In this document: piece after piece, positions 1 through 9,953 of the stretch
How positions within the stretch are numbered: position 1 is the stretch's first letter
How the letters are laid out: every line of letters begins with the position of its first letter
Position numbers and translations under genes: made by a program
The notes under the pieces: model-generated
Database searches by the model: none
The model's input: only the letters and a program-made list of their open reading frames with translations
What the model was told of the DNA's origin: nothing
DNA from: a virus
Lineage: Duplodnaviria; Caudoviricetes
Direction: 5' to 3' (one strand)
Length of the DNA: 64,000 nucleotides
IMG/VR virus record: IMGVR_UViG_3300021399_000102
Location: 1 to 64,000 of that record

Positions 1-2
1 CT

Positions 3-584
3 CTTCCGATCTGTATCGCCGCAATGCTCACGTTCGTGACGCGCGAGGCGAACGAGATCTCCATCAAGACTCGCCGTGGTGCAGGTAACTTCGTTCTTGC
101 TTCCACGACCGTTTGCTCCTGCCTCCAGCAGCTCGGCACGTCCAAGCTCGTGAGCGACGGCAAGACAATGCCAAGCGTCCCTGCTTCCGCGATCGGCGCA
201 ATGACCAAGGAAGGTCTCATCAACGATGGGCGTCAGCTCCTCGTGCGTGACACCAACACCTTCGGTTCCTACGCCCTCGTTGGCTACAAGGGAACGCACG
301 CTGGCGATGCGGGTATCATCTACTGCCCATACATTCCAGTAACGCTCTACAAGGCAATCAAGCCTGAGAATGGTTTGAGCGTGATTGGCGCCCGTACGCG
401 CTATGGTTTGGTTGACAACCCATACGATGCAGAGAACTACTACTCTCTCATCAAGTTCATGGGCTTCGACAAGGGCTACACCCTCGGCACGACGGAGCGC
501 ACGTTCTTCGGCGATGTCAAGGCTGAGAGCGCACCGGCTGATTCCACCGGCGCTTATGCGTTCAGGTCGGGTCTCATTGGCTAA
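3..584 (+). CDS. Major capsid protein, T4 gp23-like (C-terminal part; 5' truncated by window edge)
   Basis: gp23-family motifs EAN.I...TRRGAGNF, VGYKG...DAGIIYCPY.P, G.RTRYG.V.NP; frame open from window start; TAA stop followed by a terminator. Confidence 0.92.
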   Translation, partial: LPICIAAMLTFVTREANEISIKTRRGAGNFVLASTTVCSCLQQLGTSKLVSDGKTMPSVPASAIGAMTKEGLINDGRQLLVRDTNTFGSYALVGYKGTHAGDAGIIYCPYIPVTLYKAIKPENGLSVIGARTRYGLVDNPYDAENYYSLIKFMGFDKGYTLGTTERTFFGDVKAESAPADSTGAYAFRSGLIG

Positions 585-609
585 TCCAACGTTTGATTGG
601 TCAAATACG

Positions 610-638
610 AAAGGTGGTTGGGAAATCCAACCACCTTT
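610..638. terminator. Intrinsic terminator, probably bidirectional
   Basis: 12-bp perfect stem AAAGGTGGTTGG/CCAACCACCTTT with 5-nt loop, between convergent genes. Confidence 0.85.
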
Positions 639-660
639 GTTCGTTTACTCCTACTGTCCC

Positions 661-987
661 TCAAATGTTGTTCAACAACCCAGATTGTGCTTCCTTGGGA
701 GTACACCAAAATACATCATCTGAGACATAATTCTCAACACGATATCCCTCAACGTGTCCATTCACTCCAACTGGAGGCCCGATAACCTCATCCACCAACT
801 GACCATTTGCGTCCTCATAGACGTTTGCCAGAAGAACAGGACTCTCAAATAAATCAAAGGTTGGATCTTTGATTGTCCCCTTGTATGGCAACTTGGAAAT
901 CTCAAGCTTCAACTTGCCCCAATCAAGGATAAGTTTCCTGCCACGGAACTTTCGACCATCCGTTTCGTTGATTTCAGAATTTTCCAT
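661..987 (-). CDS. Hypothetical protein
   Basis: Start chosen at MENSEI behind a GGGAG SD; TGA stop. Confidence 0.65.
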   Translation of the reverse strand: MENSEINETDGRKFRGRKLILDWGKLKLEISKLPYKGTIKDPTFDLFESPVLLANVYEDANGQLVDEVIGPPVGVNGHVEGYRVENYVSDDVFWCTPKEAQSGLLNNI

Positions 988-1001
988 TGTATCAATCTCC
1001 C

Positions 1002-1325
1002 TTAAGGTCTTTCCACGTTGAATTTTACCTTGTTCTTCTCGCACCATTCCTTCAATGCGTCATAATCCACATACTCAATAGTTCCCTTGAACCACAGGCT
1101 TGAGAATCTACCCGTCAGACGTCTGTGGGTGAAGTGCTTTATCTTGCGTTCCTTCTTGTCAAGCCACATGACGTGGAATCTCATCGGACCGTTGATTACG
1201 ATGTAGTCGTTGTTCTTTGGGTCTTTCCAACAACGCTTCATTGCCTCTATAAGGCAATTTGACCAAAATGGCTTTGGCTCAATTTCAGCCTCTTTATGGT
1301 TGAATTCTGGCTCTTGTGCAGACAT
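1002..1325 (-). CDS. Hypothetical protein
   Basis: Start MSAQEP behind an AGGAGG SD; part of a minus-strand operon. Confidence 0.7.
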   Translation of the reverse strand: MSAQEPEFNHKEAEIEPKPFWSNCLIEAMKRCWKDPKNNDYIVINGPMRFHVMWLDKKERKIKHFTHRRLTGRFSSLWFKGTIEYVDYDALKEWCEKNKVKFNVERP

Positions 1326-1335
1326 AGTTCCTCCT

Positions 1336-1626
1336 TCAGCAATATAACCCAAAGTCGTAGTCGTTCTTGATGCAAAACCGTTTGGCTTGGACAGGGGAAT
1401 CAAATCTCCCTATGATGTCTCCAGTGGTGTTGTCCTTTACTCTCCACTTGACTCTACGCTTGTTGTCCTCTTGATCTGCAATCTTTTGGGCAAGGGTCTT
1501 CTTTGGTTGTTTCTTCGCCTTGCTCTTCTTCGCAGTATTGCCGTGTGATTTTGGGAACAACCAGGAAACGTCCACCGTAGGGACTTCCTTTACGATTGTC
1601 ACTTTCCTCAGAACAAGTTTCTTCAT
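1336..1626 (-). CDS. Small basic hypothetical protein (putative early gene)
   Basis: GAGGTG SD, directly downstream of a sigma70-like promoter. Confidence 0.7.
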   Translation of the reverse strand: MKKLVLRKVTIVKEVPTVDVSWLFPKSHGNTAKKSKAKKQPKKTLAQKIADQEDNKRRVKWRVKDNTTGDIIGRFDSPVQAKRFCIKNDYDFGLYC

Positions 1627-1658
1627 CTGACACCTCTTTGGTTTGTTTCAATGAGACT

Positions 1659-1687
1659 ATTATATCACTTTCAGACGATAAAGTCAA
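1659..1687 (-). promoter_or_regulatory. Sigma70-like early promoter
   Basis: TTGACT-17 nt-TATAAT on the minus strand, preceded by GGGGTA as in the promoter at 45612. Confidence 0.75.
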
Positions 1688-1703
1688 TACCCCATTGAAA
1701 CTG

Positions 1704-1931
1704 TCAAAATCTCTCGTCAGATGTGCATTTCAGGAAGAAATCGCCATTTCTGTCCTTGGCAACATTGATGGTTATTCCATGTTGCTTCTTCAATATCCCA
1801 CGCAGGCATTTGAGCAATCCCCATAGTTTCTTGGTTTCCAATCCCTCAAACGTCCTCATGAATATGAGTGACAGGGTATTGTTCATCAATTCAAGGTAGG
1901 TGGAATACTCAATGTCTATGGTCATCGTCAA
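1704..1931 (-). CDS. Hypothetical protein
   Basis: ORF tightly packed in an operon. Confidence 0.55.
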   Translation of the reverse strand: MTMTIDIEYSTYLELMNNTLSLIFMRTFEGLETKKLWGLLKCLRGILKKQHGITINVAKDRNGDFFLKCTSDERF

Positions 1932-1933
1932 CC

Positions 1934-2206
1934 TTACTTCGGATTCGTCAATCTAATGCGAATCTGGTTCTTGTCCATTGAAAGTTCACGATTGATGAAG
2001 TTCGTTTGGACGCCAGAACCATTTACGACATCCCAAAACAGATTGCGTTCATATTCCTTGTCAGGGCAATGATACGTAATGGTCATCTTGTCCTTGTAGC
2101 CACTTTCCTCGTTGATGGCTTTGCTCTTTACTGTGATGATTACTATGGCAAGGCACAATAGCATTCCGCAAATGAATCCAACTCCAAAATAGTGTTCCTC
2201 TGACAT
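1934..2206 (-). CDS. Membrane-anchored hypothetical protein (paralogue of 2220-2501)
   Basis: N-terminal hydrophobic helix; SGY.....I.YH.P..EY.R....D.VN.SG..TNFIN shared with neighbour. Confidence 0.75.
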   Translation of the reverse strand: MSEEHYFGVGFICGMLLCLAIVIITVKSKAINEESGYKDKMTITYHCPDKEYERNLFWDVVNGSGVQTNFINRELSMDKNQIRIRLTNPK

Positions 2207-2219
2207 TGTTCTTTCTCCT

Positions 2220-2501
2220 TTACTTTTGGGTGTTCGGGTTTGTCATTCTCCATTCAGTGCGATATGGAGACATGATATGTGTCTTGTTGATGAAATTGGT
2301 GGTTATTCCTGAGTTGTTCACCAAGTCCAATATCATTTTTCTGTCGTATTCTTGGCATGGACTATGGTATTGGATGATGAGCTTGTTTCTGTATCCACTG
2401 TTCTCGTGACACCATATCATGATAGAAATACCGGCATAAGCCATTGCTGATAACAATATCCCGGTGAATAATCCCCACAAGAAATCTTTGTTCTCGTTCA
2501 T
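2220..2501 (-). CDS. Membrane-anchored hypothetical protein (paralogue of 1934-2206)
   Basis: N-terminal hydrophobic helix; clear similarity to the adjacent gene. Confidence 0.75.
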   Translation of the reverse strand: MNENKDFLWGLFTGILLSAMAYAGISIMIWCHENSGYRNKLIIQYHSPCQEYDRKMILDLVNNSGITTNFINKTHIMSPYRTEWRMTNPNTQK

Positions 2502-2623
2502 TGGTTGTTGTTCCTTCTATCACTATTGTACAACATAGTTGAATGGAAGTAAAGCGAATCATTCTATTTCGCTTGCAAGTGGACAAATCCAAGTTCAACG
2601 GCTCATTTCAGAACAAAATTCAG

Positions 2624-4231
2624 TCAAGACACTTTTCCCCTCAATCCATCTTGGTTCTTGAACAATCCAATATACTTCTCTATGAATCTTTTGTGATGTT
2701 CACTCTTCTCTTGCCATGTCGCTCCTCCGAAGTGATCGACATACATTGATGTTGACAACAATGGTTTGAATGGTAGCTTCATCTCAACTACTTTTGAGTA
2801 GAACAACGAACCAGTCCAAAAGAACACAGATTCCCTTCCTCCATAGCAAGGGTTCTTGAACCACCCGGCCTGCCATAGGTTATCCTTCAGAACTCCTGGG
2901 TCGAAGTATTTGATTCCACTGTTGCGCATCATCTTTGTGTTTAGGTATTGGATATATGGAGAAAACCGTGTTCTTGACAGTTCGGGCCTTAAGAGTGGAC
3001 GAAGTCTGTCAAGGTGGATGTAGTTCCAATATTCTATTTTGGCTGAAGTCACGACATTTCCATCCACGAGCGTATTCACTGGAGATATTAGTGGAGCGTC
3101 ACTGTCCACGAGGATGAAACCATCTACCCCAATCGTGTCAATCGCAAACTGAATGTTGATTGGATGTTGGTAGTCTCCACATGGTAGCACATCTATCTTG
3201 TCAGATCCGAACATGTTCATCACTGTCATGCGTTCTTCGTCTGTTATGTTTCTAGAATCAGGAATGTTGATGACAGGAAGATTCAGATCATCCCACATCA
3301 CTCCTTGAATGACTTCGACCCCAGACATTTCGTCAATTTGGTGAAATCTACCTTCATCGTTTCTTGAAACATCTATGACAAAGGCTTTTGCGTTCGGATG
3401 ATGCTTGAATATCGTCTTTAACGTGATGTTCGTGAATGTGTTTGTTCCTGCATTTACAGTAACGAATGGAATTGCGCTGTTGAACCCTTTTGACACATTG
3501 AATGTATGTGGCATCTTCTTGTCGCCATTCTCTATGTCCTCAACCATCGGAAATCCCAATCTAATTGCTTGTTCTACTGAAATGGTCTTGTCGTATGGAA
3601 CATACATCATTCCATTTGCTGTGATCAACCTTCTGGAATCAATGAACACATATCCCCCATTGTTGTTCATTCCATTTGACTTGGTGTATTGGATGAAAAG
3701 GTTATCCTTTGGTATGTAGAAGGAATCCTTTGGTAGAATGTCATCCATTCGTGAATAGAACGCGCCATCTCCTTCTGGAGCCTTGTCAAGCATCTCAATG
3801 AACTTGTCGTATGCGTCCTTGAACACGACATAGGCATGTCCGCCATATGACTTGAATGATCTGTAGAAATTCCCATCTTCTCCCCTGATGTCCCAAAGCA
3901 TGATGTGTCCAAGGACAAACACCTTGCATGTTTCAGGCAATTCCTTCAACCTATCGTTCAACTTGTCCATGACATTGTTGATTGGATAGGCATCGTCCTC
4001 GAATATGCAGACATACGGCCATTTCAACTTCTTCGCCTTGAGGATTGCGTTCTTATGGGATAGGTAGCAGTTGTATTGGGGAGAGTTGTACCAAAGTGTT
4101 ACACCAGGAAATCTCCTTGGCAATGGTTCAATACTGTGGAACTTGAACACCTTCTTGAACCACTTGAACCGTTCATCGTCAATGGTGATGACGAAGGAGT
4201 GTTGAAGAAGGTCTTTGGTGGTGAGGTTCAT
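2624..4231 (-). CDS. Two-domain glycosyltransferase (GT25-like N-terminus, GT-A-like C-terminus)
   Basis: CYLSH...YVCIFEDDA and GGHAYVV (GT25-like); second domain with ILVDSD DxD motif. Confidence 0.75.
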   Translation of the reverse strand: MNLTTKDLLQHSFVITIDDERFKWFKKVFKFHSIEPLPRRFPGVTLWYNSPQYNCYLSHKNAILKAKKLKWPYVCIFEDDAYPINNVMDKLNDRLKELPETCKVFVLGHIMLWDIRGEDGNFYRSFKSYGGHAYVVFKDAYDKFIEMLDKAPEGDGAFYSRMDDILPKDSFYIPKDNLFIQYTKSNGMNNNGGYVFIDSRRLITANGMMYVPYDKTISVEQAIRLGFPMVEDIENGDKKMPHTFNVSKGFNSAIPFVTVNAGTNTFTNITLKTIFKHHPNAKAFVIDVSRNDEGRFHQIDEMSGVEVIQGVMWDDLNLPVINIPDSRNITDEERMTVMNMFGSDKIDVLPCGDYQHPINIQFAIDTIGVDGFILVDSDAPLISPVNTLVDGNVVTSAKIEYWNYIHLDRLRPLLRPELSRTRFSPYIQYLNTKMMRNSGIKYFDPGVLKDNLWQAGWFKNPCYGGRESVFFWTGSLFYSKVVEMKLPFKPLLSTSMYVDHFGGATWQEKSEHHKRFIEKYIGLFKNQDGLRGKVS

Positions 4232-5970
4232 ATGTTGATGTCCACAACCTTGTCGAACTTGGTCTTGTTGTAGAACTCCTTGAAGAGTCGCTTTCTCTCA
4301 GAAGCATGACGTTTCGAGTATTTGAACGAGTAGCAAACGTCTATGCACTCTGCTTGCTTCCCATCCTTGAGACGCAAGATACGTCCAATGGATTGGATTG
4401 TCCGAGCCATTGACTTGCCACCAACGAACAGAACCAACTTGGACAGGGACTTGATGTTGATTCCAGTTGAGAGAATCGCGGACTGACCAAGCAATAGGCA
4501 TCCTGAATGTTCTTCAACGTACTTTCTCACACGTTCGCGCTCTGCCACAGGGATAGAGCCATCTATGAACAAGGGCGTTCTGTCTATGATGTTGCGCTCC
4601 TGAAGCAAGGATAGGTAGTTGAAGAGCCTTTCGCCCATCTCTGTCCTGTCGAAGAGGACTATGGTGTTGTCGTCAAGCGTTGTCTCTGATACGATGTAGT
4701 TCAACACGGGTTGGAAGAGCTTTTCGCAATTGTCAACCATGTACTTCTGCTCTGCCCTGAATGGGTCTCCACTTCCAACCAAGGACATTCCTGTCTCATC
4801 CACGCTATTGACCTTGTAGATGGAATTGGTGTTGAACAGAAGTTCCCTGTTGGAGGTCACTTCCTTCACGTCAATGTTGATTCTGGTTATGTCACATTGG
4901 GAAATGAACCCTTGGTCTTGAAGTTCGGTCACGGATGCATCGAACACCTTTGGACCGGTCAAGCCAACCATTTGGTAGAACTTGAAGCCCTTTGGCAACG
5001 TTCCAGACAAGCCCACCCTCAACTTTGTCTCCATGAGGAAGTTCTCAAGGACAGAGAATCCTGCTGTTCCATAGTTGAAGGTCTTGTGCGCTTCGTCTCC
5101 AATAACCATGTCAATCTTTCCAATCTCTGCTATGTGTTGGAGACAATACGTGGAGTTTGCTATTACTATGCTTGCTGTGGCAAGATGCTTCATGTCCTTC
5201 TTCTTGGTGGAACCAGAGAACCTACATACTTCCTCTGGCTTGTAGCCATATTCAAGCAAGTCCGAATAGAACTGCTCCACTAACCCAATATTTGGTACAT
5301 AAATCAACGTTCTGAAGTCCTCGTCTTTGAAGAATTGCTGCTTCAGGTTGTATATCAAGTTGGCGATGATAAGGCTCTTGCCAGAACCGGTGGCCGATTG
5401 TATCAAGCATCTGCCATTACCCTTGAATATGATTGCTCTCACTGCTTCCTCTTGATATGGGCGCATGATTCGCACATTTGGGTCTTCTGGATCCTCTGCC
5501 CTGTCCAAGGATATGTTCTCCACCTCAAACGAATCTGGCGAAATCTTGAGTTCTGACATCTTCCTGGCGAGTGGCACGAGATAGTCGTAGACATAGGACT
5601 TCGCCCTCGGCCCAATCAACACCATCTTGGATGATGGTAGGTTCGTGGGGTTCAACTCAAAGTCGTTGACGATGAAGTTCAATACCTCGAAAAGCAATCC
5701 ACTTGGAAAATACCCAAATGGCGATACTGCATATTGATATACTGGATCCCTACGCCCTGTGAAGAAGCTGGATTGGTCAATCTCTCTGAAGTGGCGCACA
5801 ATCTTGTCCAAGTGGACAGCATTGCGAACTGACAGACGAAACATCATTTGCTGGTTGTCGAAGCCGATGTAGAACCTGAAGTTGGGATTGGAGTACATCA
5901 AGTCATCCACGTCATCCACATACTTCAAGTATCGGTTCTGAATCGTCTGCGATATGTTGTTTGTTGCCAT
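4228..5970 (-). CDS. uvsW: UvsW-like SF2 helicase
   Basis: RPYQEEAV, Walker A SATGSGKS, DEAH, GLSGT, STGINI, QSIGRILR. Confidence 0.88.
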   Translation of the reverse strand: MATNNISQTIQNRYLKYVDDVDDLMYSNPNFRFYIGFDNQQMMFRLSVRNAVHLDKIVRHFREIDQSSFFTGRRDPVYQYAVSPFGYFPSGLLFEVLNFIVNDFELNPTNLPSSKMVLIGPRAKSYVYDYLVPLARKMSELKISPDSFEVENISLDRAEDPEDPNVRIMRPYQEEAVRAIIFKGNGRCLIQSATGSGKSLIIANLIYNLKQQFFKDEDFRTLIYVPNIGLVEQFYSDLLEYGYKPEEVCRFSGSTKKKDMKHLATASIVIANSTYCLQHIAEIGKIDMVIGDEAHKTFNYGTAGFSVLENFLMETKLRVGLSGTLPKGFKFYQMVGLTGPKVFDASVTELQDQGFISQCDITRINIDVKEVTSNRELLFNTNSIYKVNSVDETGMSLVGSGDPFRAEQKYMVDNCEKLFQPVLNYIVSETTLDDNTIVLFDRTEMGERLFNYLSLLQERNIIDRTPLFIDGSIPVAERERVRKYVEEHSGCLLLGQSAILSTGINIKSLSKLVLFVGGKSMARTIQSIGRILRLKDGKQAECIDVCYSFKYSKRHASERKRLFKEFYNKTKFDKVVDINI

Positions 5971-6010
5971 CTACTTTATTATACCACAATCATATTCTAT
6001 GGTAAAATAC

Positions 6011-7297
6011 TCACATATTCCCTTCTGGATTGGAATTGTACTTTTGCTTGTTGACTTCCAACTTGAATGTCATATATTCATTTCCTTGGATTGATTGAGC
6101 GCGTATTACCATCAAGTTTGAGTTAAACGCATTGATTATGTCTTGCACTTCCTTGATGATAATTACATTGTTGTCTATCCAGTTTGGAATCTATTGGGAA
6201 TCTGAACCAGGTCTTAAATATACAACAAATGCGTCGTCATTTCCATGCTTTGCCTTGTCTAGGTATGCTCCCCATACACCTTCCAATTTTTTGAGTGCGC
6301 TTCGTTTCCATTTATTGGACAATGTACGTATGTCTATTGATGGTACTTTAGCATCGACTCTCTATTTTCTTGCTCCTTCTGGATTGTTGTCTGGCTTCCT
6401 TGTCCATACAGGAATTTTTTCCGAACCGGTGTTTTCATATCCACACGCCTTCATCATTACTGGAACTTCTACGCGCCCAATGTCGTCGGGGCCAGCAGAA
6501 TTTGCTTTCATCTCTACAGGAATTCGCTTTCCAACACCAAGCTATCCACTTGGGAAACAATCTATATCTCCTACATCTCCTATCACACAATCCTTGAATA
6601 GAAGGGCAAACAATATTTCGCCTTGTCCCATTGACGTTGCTTTTTTCAGATGGAATCTTGTCAATTTGGTTATGATGTCATCATCCAAATTAATTTCGTT
6701 CCCATAAGCGTCATTGATTATCCTTCTAAGGGATGTTGTGTTGTTCTAAACATTCTATAAAGCCTTAAAAAGGGATGAATTGGATTTTTTTACAACATTG
6801 AATAGATTGAACAATTCTTTTATTTCTTTTGCTGACCATTGCGCCAATAGTAATTTTGCCGTCATTTTTGGCTGCGTCTTATCTCCACCACATTCTTTTA
6901 TGTATCTGTCAAGTTGATTGAAAAGTTGAAATCCTTGTGATTCCTCACCATCACCCAATTCCTTGAACATATCTCTCAACCTTTGCAAAGTTTCATCTGA
7001 TTTCTTTTGTGATACTTTGAGAAATGTAAGTATTACTTTTGCATGTTCCTCAAACTCTGACCATGTTTGCTTCCAAGTTTGGTCTTGTTCGTCTTCGGTT
7101 TTCCCCTGAGGGATTTTTCTTTCTGTGAAAATTGATGATGGGTAATACTTCTTTACCAGATCAAACATACTACTTGCGAGAATTGAGATTGAAGCCTCGC
7201 TATATATGGCTTTATCATCTGAACTTTCAGATTGCAATTCTTTGAAAGTATATTTCTCTTTCTTTGTCCCCTCTATGTCAATCCATGTGTATTTCAT
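6011..7297 (-). CDS. Putative PD-(D/E)XK nuclease-like protein, 428 aa with 5 in-frame TAG
   Basis: Frame continues through TAG at 6755, 6746, 6542, 6362 and 6191 to TGA at 6011; GQGEILFALL...GDI...VEMK motif; GTAAATA upstream; start could instead be 7324. Confidence 0.65.
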
Positions 7298-7394
7298 CTT
7301 CTTGAACTCCCTTGAATGGTTCATAGTGGTATTTACCATATGGGATATAAGAAGTATAATTAATAAGATAGAAGAGTTTAAGGAGTATATTCGT

Positions 7395-8420
7395 TTGAAA
7401 GACTACTACAAGATATTGGGCGTTTCTGAAGATGCTTCGGACGATGAGCTGAAGAAGTCGTTTCGCAAGCTCGCCATGAAATACCATCCTGACAGACAGG
7501 TTGGCAAGTCTGACGCCGAGAAGAAGGAAGCTGACGAGAAGTTCAAGGAAATCAACGAGGCATACGACACTCTGTCCAGCAAGGAGAAGCGCGAACAATA
7601 CGACACCATGAGGAAGTATGGTGGAGATTCTTCTGGATTCAGTCCGTTTGGGGACATGGGTGGTGGCACTGCGCGTCAATGGACTGACGAGAATGGCAAC
7701 ATGCATTGGGAGTTCCATGGAGACCCAAGAGGCATGGGTGGTTTCGATCCGTTTGGCATGGGTGGATTTGGAATGGGTGGGTTCAATCCATTTGGCAGGA
7801 GACGGGTTGATCCAAATGCCCCAAGACGTGGAGACGACTTGATGTTCACATTGTCGGTTGGTTTCATGGAAGCCATTGAGGGATGCAAGAAGAAGGTTCG
7901 CCTCAACGTTGATGAGGATTGTGGTTGCCTTACTGGGTGCGACAAATGCGATCATACAGGGCGCAAGACCAAGACAATAACGTTGGAGGTGAAGATCCCG
8001 AAGGGATGTCCAAATGGTCAAAGGTTGAGGGTTGCTGGTCAGGGCAACAGAGGATATAATGGTGGTCCCAATGGAGACATCTACTTTCAGATTGACGTTG
8101 GAGACGACCCCAATGGCGTGTTCATCCGAGATGGATTCGACCTGCTTCAGAAGGTTGATGTTCCATTCGAAACTTTCGTGTTGGGTGGCGAGATTGAATA
8201 TCATACCTTGAATGGGATTGAGAAGTACGAGGTTAAGCCCCATACGAAGCCAGGAAAGGTGATGTTGTTCCAAGGTAAGGGAGTTCCTGTGATGAATTCG
8301 CTCAACGCATATGGAGACTTGAAGGTACTGCTTGACCTGAAGATGCCAATTGACTTGACTGACGAGGAGCGCAAGCACCTTGAGGCGTATCGAGATTGCC
8401 GTGTAAAAAATGGTAAATAA
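7395..8420 (+). CDS. dnaJ: DnaJ chaperone
   Basis: TTG start behind AAGGAG; J-domain DYYKILGV...KYHPD; G/F-rich linker; C-terminal domain; zinc finger much reduced. Confidence 0.92.
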   Translation: MKDYYKILGVSEDASDDELKKSFRKLAMKYHPDRQVGKSDAEKKEADEKFKEINEAYDTLSSKEKREQYDTMRKYGGDSSGFSPFGDMGGGTARQWTDENGNMHWEFHGDPRGMGGFDPFGMGGFGMGGFNPFGRRRVDPNAPRRGDDLMFTLSVGFMEAIEGCKKKVRLNVDEDCGCLTGCDKCDHTGRKTKTITLEVKIPKGCPNGQRLRVAGQGNRGYNGGPNGDIYFQIDVGDDPNGVFIRDGFDLLQKVDVPFETFVLGGEIEYHTLNGIEKYEVKPHTKPGKVMLFQGKGVPVMNSLNAYGDLKVLLDLKMPIDLTDEERKHLEAYRDCRVKNGK

Positions 8421-8446
8421 GTCTACAACAATGAGGTATAGACAGA

Positions 8447-9259
8447 ATGAAATGGTATAGACTTTACAGGGAATCTGACGAGCAAGTGGATCTCAAGAAA
8501 CTGCTCAAGTTGAATGGCGTTACGAAACTTCCATCGGGAATCAAGTTCTCAGGAACGAAAGCAACATGGGAGAAGCACAGGGGTTATTCTGGACAGAAGA
8601 CAATCAACAATATGTGCATTCAGCTTGAACATGCTGGTTGGAAGAGGGGAGATTGGACAACTGGTGGAATTCCTGACGGCTCGTCTGTCTCCAATTCACA
8701 GAAATACACCTCTCCAGACGGAAGGATATTGATGTCGTACACTGAGTATTTTGGAGTCACATCATACGACAACTCATTCTATATCACATTCAAGCTGGTG
8801 GATAACAGAGTTGATGAGTCAAGAGGCAATATTATCGAGGGCAAGGGCAGAATAGAATATGAGGACGACATTGTTGTTGTGTATTCTCCTGATGGAAAGG
8901 TGGATTACGAAGGGATGTTCGACTACTGCCCATATAGATACGACAAGATGGAGTACGACAAGGCAACCAAGTCCTATCACATCTTTGGAAAGGGTGGAGA
9001 CTACTTCACGATGGTGAGGGTTGAAAGCTGCAGTGAGTCAAGCAGATTTGGGTTCAATGTTGGGGACAAGGTTGTTCTCACGAAGGACAAGTCCAACAGA
9101 TTCAGTGGTGACTTCATCCCTGCCGGTTCGGAGGGAGAGATCGTTGCTGTGGACAAGCCAATACCTGGTGTCATGAAAGTGAAGATTGAGGATTGGAAGG
9201 TCATTTCGGTTCCAGAGCGGAGCTTGAAGTTGGTTGGAGCCGACAAAACCGATCTATGA
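8447..9259 (+). CDS. Hypothetical late protein with MKWYRLYRES leader
   Basis: GTAAATA at 8413, GAGGT SD; N-terminus shared with 32106 and 12199. Confidence 0.75.
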   Translation: MKWYRLYRESDEQVDLKKLLKLNGVTKLPSGIKFSGTKATWEKHRGYSGQKTINNMCIQLEHAGWKRGDWTTGGIPDGSSVSNSQKYTSPDGRILMSYTEYFGVTSYDNSFYITFKLVDNRVDESRGNIIEGKGRIEYEDDIVVVYSPDGKVDYEGMFDYCPYRYDKMEYDKATKSYHIFGKGGDYFTMVRVESCSESSRFGFNVGDKVVLTKDKSNRFSGDFIPAGSEGEIVAVDKPIPGVMKVKIEDWKVISVPERSLKLVGADKTDL

Positions 9260-9287
9260 TGGACAGATGATTGATGAAAGGGATTGA

Positions 9288-9953
9288 ATGTCAGACTTGA
9301 TAGACAATTTGATTGAATCTGGGGTTCAGACGACCCAGGAGATGGAAGTCAAGAAGGGGAAGAACAAGAACGCAAAGGAGATTCCCTTCGACATAGATGG
9401 AAAGACCTATATGCTCGATTCCCAGGAGGAATGGTGCATGTTCAACTGGATTAAGGAGATGAAGGAGCATGGTCTCTTGACTGACTACATCTATCAGCCG
9501 GAGCACTACGACCTCTCCCCACGATACGAATACACGCCATATCCCGTCCATACTGACAAGAATGGAGAGTTCAAGAAGAAGTTTCTGATGCACCCTCATG
9601 TCTATACGGCAGACTTCATATTGAGATTCGACGCGAGAAACCTTCAGCTGATTAGATATTTGGCGCAAGCGTTCAAGATAAGGTTGGATGACGTTAAGGA
9701 CAATGAACTGACATTGGTGGTGGATGTCAAAGGCACTTTCATGAGCAACGATGGAGGGCGTTCATTCTCCATAAACCAGAAGTTGATGATGGCTGTTCAC
9801 AACATCTATGTTCAGAAGTTTGTTCCCAAGGTGGCGTTCAAGAAGTTGGGCGTTCCAAAGAGATGCACCACCACGATGAAGTCTGGCAAGGCAAGCAAGG
9901 TGTTCAAAGGCATGAACTTCATGGAAACCGTATTGAAAGGATTTGACCTGTGA
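9288..9953 (+). CDS. PD-(D/E)XK endonuclease (DUF1064/TnsA-N-like)
   Basis: DSQEE...YQP...YTADF...VVDVKG motif. Confidence 0.65.
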   Translation: MSDLIDNLIESGVQTTQEMEVKKGKNKNAKEIPFDIDGKTYMLDSQEEWCMFNWIKEMKEHGLLTDYIYQPEHYDLSPRYEYTPYPVHTDKNGEFKKKFLMHPHVYTADFILRFDARNLQLIRYLAQAFKIRLDDVKDNELTLVVDVKGTFMSNDGGRSFSINQKLMMAVHNIYVQKFVPKVAFKKLGVPKRCTTTMKSGKASKVFKGMNFMETVLKGFDL

